DNA from: the human T2T-CHM13v2.0 reference genome, Homo sapiens
Length of the DNA: 64,000 nt
Direction: 5' to 3' (one strand)
Assembly: GCF_009914755.1 (NCBI RefSeq)
Contig: NC_060946.1
Positions 47,311-64,000 of this stretch are shown in pieces. The stretch's first letter is position 1. The number at the start of each line of letters is the position of its first letter. A model generated the notes under the pieces. The model did no database searches, was not told where the DNA came from, and worked only from the letters and a program-made list of their open reading frames with translations. Both the position numbers and the translations under genes were made by a program.

Positions 47311-48516
47311 CAATAAATTGAGGTTTATAGTAGAACCTTCCCTTGTTATGTCACAGAATTGTTGCAAACATCAAAGCCAGATGAGGGCCAGCTGGGCACA
47401 GTGGCTCATGCCTGTAATCCCAGCATTTAGGGAGGCCAAGGTGGGAGGATCACTTGAGCCCAGAATGGGCCATATACTGAGACCTTGTCTCTATAAAAAA
47501 TTTTAAAATGAGCTGGGGCTGAGCATGGTGGCTCATGCTGTAATCCCAGCATTTGGGGAGGCCAAGGCAGGTGGATGGCTTAAGCTCAGGAATTTGAGAC
47601 CAGTCTGGGCAACATGGTGAAACCCTGTCTCTATAAAAATAAAAATTAGCCAGGGTGGTGGTGCATGCCTGTAGTCCCAGCTACTTGAGGGGCTGAGGCA
47701 GGAGGATTGCTTACGTTGGAGAAGTTGAGGCTGCAGTGAGTCATGTTCACACGGCTGCACTACAGCCTGGGTGATAAAGTGAGACCCTGTGTCAAAAAAA
47801 AAAAAAATAGTAATAAGGCAAGGCGTAGTGGCTCATGCCTATATTCCCAGCACTTTGGGAGGCCAAGGCAAGTGGATCACGAGGTCAGGAGTTCGAGACC
47901 AGCCTGGCCAATATGGTGAAACCCTGTTTCTACTAAAAATACAAAAATTAGCTGAGCGTGGTGGTGCACGCCTGTAGTCCCAGCTACTCAGGAGGCTGAG
48001 GCAGAAGAATCGCTTGAACCCAGGGAGGCGGAGGTTGCAGTGAGCCAAGATCATGCCACTGTACTCCAGCCTGGGTGACAGAGTGAGACTCCGTCTCAAA
48101 AAAAAAAAAAAAAAAAAAAGGTACCAGGCATGGTAGCATGTGCCTGTAGTCCCCGCTACTCAGGAGGCTGAAATGAGAAGATCGCTGGATACCTGGAGGC
48201 AGAGGTTGCAGTGAGCCATGAGCCATGATCATGCCACTGCACTCCAGCCTGGGCAACAGAGTGAGACCTGTTTCATAAATAAATAAACCAGATGACTTTG
48301 AAAGTACTTTTGTTAATGAAGGCTTGAGCACTTATTGGTGATAACAGTTACAGTGTTCTTTGAGTGCCCCTGGTGAGTTTTACATTGTGTTCTTTCCTTA
48401 TTTTTCTCACCTGCTGCTGTTCACGGAGACCCCTTCCCATAATCCATAACTGCTCTCCTGACCACCATCCTTGTGCCTGGTGCCATGTGGGACAGGAAGG
48501 ATCGAAAATGAATTAG

Positions 48517-48750
<234 letters not shown>

Positions 48751-49456
48751 TAGAAGGATGGGGTGGTGACAGGTTCAATTGTGTATGACAGACCCTATGA
48801 ACTATGTCTCATAACATCTGAATCCTATTGCTACAGATTTCTTGTATGACCTTGAGCAATTTGTTACCGATTTTTGTCATTTATTTGGTCATCTATGAAT
48901 AAAAACCTAATGTGGGGTGGTGAAAAGACCTGTGGACCAGGTAGGCAACAGGAAACAATATTTTTCAAGGGACTATTATGAGCAGGGACTGTTATGAGAT
49001 GCATTGCAAATGTTACCACATTTAGGTCTTCATCTTCACTATTTTATAGATAAGGAAATTGAGGCTCAGAGAATGAAATAATTGGCAGGCCTAGTCATTG
49101 GCAGAGATGGGATAAAAAGTCAAGTCTCTCTGACTCTAAAAACTCTTTTTCCTTCATCCACGCCACTGCCCATTCTGAGAATTAGGAGACTTAAGTTCCA
49201 ACTCTACTTCCGCCACTAATAGTGCCTCTTCTGTGGGACTCAGTTTCCCCACCTGTTAAAAAGAAGAGGTTAAACCATAACCAAGGGCACTTTCCAGGTT
49301 TATTAGTGGATTGATGATCATGACTCATGGAGAGGATATGTGAACAGATGAAGTAGCAAGAGTAAGGTGCTGAATAAATCCAAGGCCTTAGCATCAGTTA
49401 AGGGATCGTGATCACATGGCTGTCATTTATTGTTTTCTCATCCTCTCCCTTGTTAG

Positions 49457-49573
49457 AGTTCCTCTTTGAGCATCTTTCTTCTTCCAGTGAAGTGCTCGTC
49501 TGGTCCAGCTGTAACTGCTTGACACTCCTGGTAGAAGAGCCACTCTTTTTTTCCAAGTGCCACACGGTGTATG
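49457..49573 (+). CDS. MEI1: MEI1 exon 9
   Basis: tgttag|AG; [39 protein letters not shown]; G|gttggt; 117 nt, phase 1-1. Confidence 0.92.
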
Positions 49574-49924
49574 GTTGGTAGTAAGGGTCCTGTACTAGCT
49601 TTGGGTTGGGTGGACGGCAGTTTGCACTTGGGTAGCAGCCGCAGTGATGGGGGGCTAGCCTCCACCTTGGAGGGGAGCACTGAGTCTAGACATTTCATCA
49701 GCCCAAACTCATTACCAGATTTCATATGCAAGTATTGATATCCAAATGTTCTGCTGTTCGCTGATTATCGGAAGTATATATGTTTAGACGCTTCAGCAAG
49801 GGAAGGACACTTCTTTTAGCCACTAAATGAATTCCTGTTGCATGTTAACAACAACTCTAAACAGTGTTACTCAACCTTAGATTTAGTTCTTTCCCATGCC
49901 GCAGATATCTAACCATCCAGGTAG

Positions 49925-50428
<504 letters not shown>

Positions 50429-50874
50429 TAGAGGCGACTGCCAGCACACCTGGCTAATTTTTTTTGTATTTTTAGTAGAGACGGGGGTCTCTCCATGTTG
50501 GCCAGGCTGGTCTTGAACTCCTGACCTCAGGTGATCTGCCTGCCTCGGCCTCCCAAAGTGCTGGGATTACAGGCGTGAGTGCACTGTCTGGGACTTATTA
50601 TACCACATCTAGATTTTTAGAGTAGGCACATTCAGTCATTCATTTTATATTCCTAGTTTATGCCAGGCACCAGGCTGGGACCTGGAGATTTAGAGATAAC
50701 AAATAACATTGGTTCTTGCCCTCAGAAAAGGGAGAGAGATGCAAAGGGAAATTTCATTATGAGCTGATTAGAGCTCTGCTAGAGGGAAGCACAGGAGCTG
50801 TGGGGGCTCAGGGGAGGTTCACAGCTCTGAATGGATCAGGGAAGGCTTTTTGGAGGAGTGGGGTTTTGACCTGA

Positions 50875-51282
<408 letters not shown>

Positions 51283-51313
51283 TGAGCAAAGTGGTGGAAC
51301 ATGAGGCTTGTAG

Positions 51314-51541
<228 letters not shown>

Positions 51542-51619
51542 TGAGAGACCCAGGCAGGCTGAACTTTCCATCCCTGCATATACCTAAGGGCCTGTTGAGG
51601 CCAGGGTAGCGGATATTTA

Positions 51620-54565
<2,946 letters not shown>

Positions 54566-54858
54566 TACTTCCAAAGTGTTATGTTATCATGTCTTTTGTA
54601 TTTTCTCTGTTGTTTTGAATTTATATCTTGAAAGAAAATTCTCTTTCATTTTGGTAAGGAGTAGCAGAGGTAACTGTATCTGTTGACTCCATCATCTTTA
54701 ATCAGAAGCTGGCAGCTCTTTAACACCTATGAACTCCAGCCTCTAGCCCTGGTTCTCTTACTGTAGTTCCTCTTTGAATGCTCTCAGCCACTCACAGAGC
54801 TTCAGCTACTAGCTATATGTTGATAATGCTCAAATCTATAGTTCTTGCCTAAAATGCC

Positions 54859-55798
<940 letters not shown>

Positions 55799-56121
55799 GT
55801 GTTTTCCTGAACTCCAGACAACATTTCCAACTGCCTGGTGCTTTATTCCAGAACCTTCAATCTCAATTTGTCCATGCTACTAGCATATAGAGAAAAACAC
55901 CCAATTTGGGATCTAAAGAATTAGATTTGGGTCCCTGGCTCCACAAACAGTACTCAGTCACTTCTTGTTCATTCCTCTGATCTGCTTTCTGCTTCTTGAA
56001 CACATCAAACTTATTCCTGCCACTAATTATTCCAACTCTGCCCAAAATAATATTCCCTTAAATCATTGTGTGACTGCGTTTTTCTTATCATTCAAGTCTC
56101 ATTCAGAATTTCCTTTCCTAA

Positions 56122-56343
<222 letters not shown>

Positions 56344-56922
56344 TAAAAATATTTTTAGTAGAGAAGGGGTTTCAATGTGTTAGCCAGGATGATCTCGATC
56401 TCCTGACCTCATGATCTGCCTGCCTCGGCCTTCCAAAGTGCTGGGATTACAGGCGTGAGCCACCGCGCCCGGCCTCTTTTTTTTTGGGGGGTGAGGGGTC
56501 AGAGTCTCACTCCGTCACCCAGGCTGGAGTGCAGTCATGCGATCTTAGCTAACTGAAACCTCTGCCTTCTGGGTTCAAGCAATTTTTCTGCCTCAGCCTC
56601 CCAAATAGCTGGAATTACAGGCGTGAGCCACTGAACCTGGCCTATTCATTTGTTTTGTACCCCGCCTCCCCCCACTAAAATATAAGCTCCAGGAGCTAAA
56701 GGACCTTGTCAGTTTTTTCACTGCTCTGTCTCTGGCTCCTCATAGGTAGTCAATATGCGAATGTAGGATGTTAAAATGGACAGTGAGACTAAGGGATCCT
56801 AGCACCACAATGGGAAATTATTCCTTAGCAAGGTGCTTGAAATCTTAAAAAAAAATAATAATAACCGAGGAAACCCATATTTATAGAGTAACTTTTATTT
56901 TGTTACCATATTTTCTCTTTTA

Positions 56923-58133
<1,211 letters not shown>

Positions 58134-58796
58134 TTAAATTTAAGACATTATTCATTGACTTGCCAGTTAGAAAGATCAATATTTAATTAGCTCACATTTT
58201 TTGTCTTCTCTACATGTCCTTGGCATTTTTGCTATTTAATATTTTGTTTTTAACCTTTAAATAATGTACCTAAAACTGGTATTTCTTGTTCCCTCAACTT
58301 GAAGCAGTGTCTCCTGAGTTCCTACGTGGTTAGCAGCACCCCAACTCTTCTTTTCCCCTCTCTTCCCTACTTCTACTTCTCAAGGCCAGTCAGCTATACC
58401 TTTAATTTTACATTGTGAAAGTTGTTAATATTTATAGTCTCTTCTGTAACTATATTTAAGTCTTTGTGATTTGACTCTAGGTTGGTTCTAAAAATTGAAA
58501 CAAAAAATAGCATTTACGTGACAGTGACTTCAGTCTGTCTTCTTTCCTCCTTTGTCCTTCCCTGAATTTGAATCTCTAAATCTAGGACATGAATTCTAGA
58601 GTGGGAGGGATGAGTAAACCAACAAGGTAACAAAAGCATAAGTAAGAGCAATGTCAATCAGAGGCATCTATGCTGAGCTGGAAGTCTCCCAGCAGGACAC
58701 TGCTAGAGGGGACCAGTAGTGCCTTTTGGGCAGGAAGTGGTATTTCAGTTGTACTATGAAGGGTGAGAGTTAGATTTGTGGAAGGACCTGGATTAG

Positions 58797-59233
<437 letters not shown>

Positions 59234-59487
59234 TAGGCGTGATCCACCGCGCCCGGCCAAAGATGATTTTACTTTTGACTTTAACTTCCCAGAATGTTTA
59301 CTGACGTGGTCCCTCTGAGGTGGGGTGGTTCAGAGTGTCTTTGGAAAGCACAACTAGAAGGAAGAATGAAGAGTGAGAGCTGCTAAAAAGAATTTAAAGA
59401 GGCCGGGTATAGTGGCTCACACCTGTAATCCCAGCACTTTGGGAGGCTGAGGCTGGAGGATCGCTTCAGCTCAGGAATTTGAGACTA

Positions 59488-59706
<219 letters not shown>

Positions 59707-59876
59707 TTAAAGGTGGTGGAACTAGGGCTTGATGATCGTGTAGGATCGTCAAACTTGGAGCTTCCAGAGATGAAGAAGGAAAGGGGAAATCAAGCCGTAA
59801 CCATATGCAGTTGACTGAGAACCTGTTAGAAGGCCCAACAGATGGCTCTCAGTGCTCAACAAAGGCCCAGGGATGA

Positions 59877-60285
<409 letters not shown>

Positions 60286-60628
60286 CCTGTGAAATAGTCA
60301 TTCATTCATTTGACATCTGTTCTATTAATCATCAACTTACAATGCATCTGTCTCTGTTTAGGTAAAGTGAAAAGATGGAACTGGTCCCTTTCCTCTTGGA
60401 AACTCACAATTAAACTAGTCAATGACTGTTGGCTCTTCTGAGTCTATAGAATCTGAGGGTTCAAATGGGCCTTAGGTGTTACCTGTCTACATTTACCCCA
60501 CACTCATAATGATTGAATCTCCAAAAGTACTTTTCCAGTCTCTGCGTATAGTCTCATAGAATGGGGAATCACTTCTCCCTAGAGATGGTCCCCAATACTT
60601 CTATAGACTTTGACTCAGAAAATTCTCA

Positions 60629-60832
<204 letters not shown>

Positions 60833-60884
60833 TTAGATTGCGCCACTGTACCCCAGCCTGGTGACAGAGCGAGACTCCATCTCA

Positions 60885-61205
<321 letters not shown>

Positions 61206-61993
61206 TTAGTAACATTTACCTGTTGATCCTGGTTTTCCTCGTTGAGTTAACAAAGTTTGATCCCTCTTCCCCAGAAGAGCTTATTACTTATTGGAAAACA
61301 GTAGCTGTCACTCTCTTGATGCACGTTCAATTCTAGGTAGTGCTTCTTTTACCAGCAGGCTCTCCTCTGCGAGAAAACCTTGTATCCTTAATAGTAATAA
61401 TAGACACAGCTGACATTTATAAGGACTTATTACGTATTAAGCATCATGCTAAGTGTTTGGCATACATTATCGAATTTGATCCCCATAATAAGTCTATGAG
61501 GAGAGTACTATTAGCCTCATTTAATAGATGAGGAAATTGATGGTTAGAGAGGGCAAGGAATGTACAAGAAGTTGTGCAGTTAGATAAGCATTGAAGTAAG
61601 GATTTTTTTGAGACAAAGTCTTGTTCTGTCACCCAGGCTGGATTGCAGTAGTATGATCACGGCTCACTGCAGCTTCTACCTTCTTGGGCTCAGGTGATCC
61701 TCCCACCTCTGCCTCTTGAGTAACTGAAATCACAGGTGTATGCCACCACACTTGGCTAATTTTTGTGGAGACTGGGTTTCACCATGTTGCCCAGGCTGGT
61801 CTCCATCTCCTGGACTCAAGACATCTACTCATCTCAGTCTCCCAAAGTGCTGGAATTAACAGGCGTGAGCCACCATTCCTGGCCTGGAGTAAGGATTTTT
61901 ATCAGATTAGATTCCATGTTCTGATCCAACTGCACTGCCTCTCATTGCCTGAGAACCTGGGGTTATCTTGGGAATACCGTTGCCTTACCATGA

Positions 61994-62185
<192 letters not shown>

Positions 62186-62735
62186 TAGAAAGATAATTAG
62201 TATATTCCCTTACTTTTGTATGCTATTTCATGACTTTTTCTCATGCACACATGGCTACAATGAGATGCTTTTTCCCTAATAGCAGAACTATGAAGCTTAA
62301 GGATTACTATTGTCATTTTTACAGATGGGGAAACTAAAGCCACGAGGGTTAAATAATTTTTCTCTAAGGTCCAAAACTATAAAGTACCTAAGCCTAGACA
62401 GTAAATTCCAGGGTGTTTTTACCCCAGTCTATTACGCACATTCTCTGTTTATATCATATAAGCAGATAGGGTAAACATGCTCACAAAATTATTTAAGTCT
62501 GAATTCACTAGAATCTTAGAATCTGACCAATGTGCCATGTGTTGTAGCTGCTGGCTTTTAATAGCCTGTAGACTTAAGATATCAGGAAAGACACTGTCAG
62601 TGTGAATGTTGATTATGTCTTTCAGGATTAACTTTGGAAACTAAGCTCTTTACACCTGATGGAGTGGGGATTTTCTTGTGTTTTAGAGCAACTAATAGGG
62701 CCATTATAGTCAAGCTAATGCCCACTAGCCTGTGA

Positions 62736-63347
<612 letters not shown>

Positions 63348-63556
63348 TGATCTGCCTGCCTTGGCCTCCCAAAGTGCTGGGATTACAAGCGTGAGCCACC
63401 ATGCCCAGCTTTGCTATGATTTTTTTAAAGGAGCTATTTGCAAGGATATAGCCAAGATCTCTTGGAAAGTTAGGTGTATGGGAATGTCAGACTGCAGTGT
63501 GAGAAGAAGAGGTCTACAGTCATCCAAGCATAGACTGAGACACAGCATATACTTGA

Positions 63557-63682
<126 letters not shown>

Positions 63683-64000
63683 TGAGGGGCCCTCTGAGGT
63701 ATGAAGTAATAGCATGGAAGGTAGGGGTGGAAGGGATTCAGACAATGGGTGAAGTTCTAGAGGCAACACTTGATTTCTGATACTCTGCTGTATGGCAAAG
63801 AGGACTTTGGCTGGGGTAGGGGTTGGGGGTGTGTGGAGGAGGCTTGAGGACAGGCAGCTAGGGGTAGGACCTTTCTAAAGATTCCTTCCTCATGGAGTTT
63901 TTGCTACTGTGCCATGAGGTTGTGTCTTATTCACCTTCGTTCCCCACCACCCCCCAACTAGCCTAGCACTACAGGTATTCACTGAATGGTTGCTAAATTA

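Overview
Alu-dense primate genomic DNA, recognised from the encoded peptides as human chr22q13.2 (recognition from memory, not from a database search). Three loci are present. (1) The 5' end of a minus-strand gene, most likely SNU13/NHP2L1. It has three candidate alternative first exons, all ending in phase 0: ATG|GT at 1334-1332, ATG|GT at 7773-7771, and ATG-CTC-TTG-GTG-CAG|GT at 9427-9413. Its remaining coding exons lie left of the window. (2) C22orf46 on the plus strand: two exons give 72+171 = 243 aa. This is only the front end of an approximately 1,600-codon ancestral ORF (to 17021, AATAAA at 17091) broken by three frameshifts and one TAG. The reconstructed protein has an N-terminal hydrophobic/TM segment, about 40 copies of a 19-aa (57-nt) acidic repeat and a SPATA31-like WGLP motif. 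(3) MEI1 coding exons 1-13 (1,538 nt, all GT-AG, phases consistent), with a CpG-island promoter carrying NRF1 and E2F motifs; the gene continues past the right edge. MEI1 intron 3 holds an old ERVL-type provirus remnant (LTR, PPT, dUTPase and integrase relics), into which an HMGN2 retrocopy and an MLT1 solo LTR inserted, both with intact target-site duplications. No tRNA, rRNA, snoRNA or CRISPR array was found. Most short ORFs in the supplied track are Alu artefacts. The best candidate for an under-described system is the decayed repeat protein together with its apparent shared promoter with an N-terminally extended SNU13 isoform.
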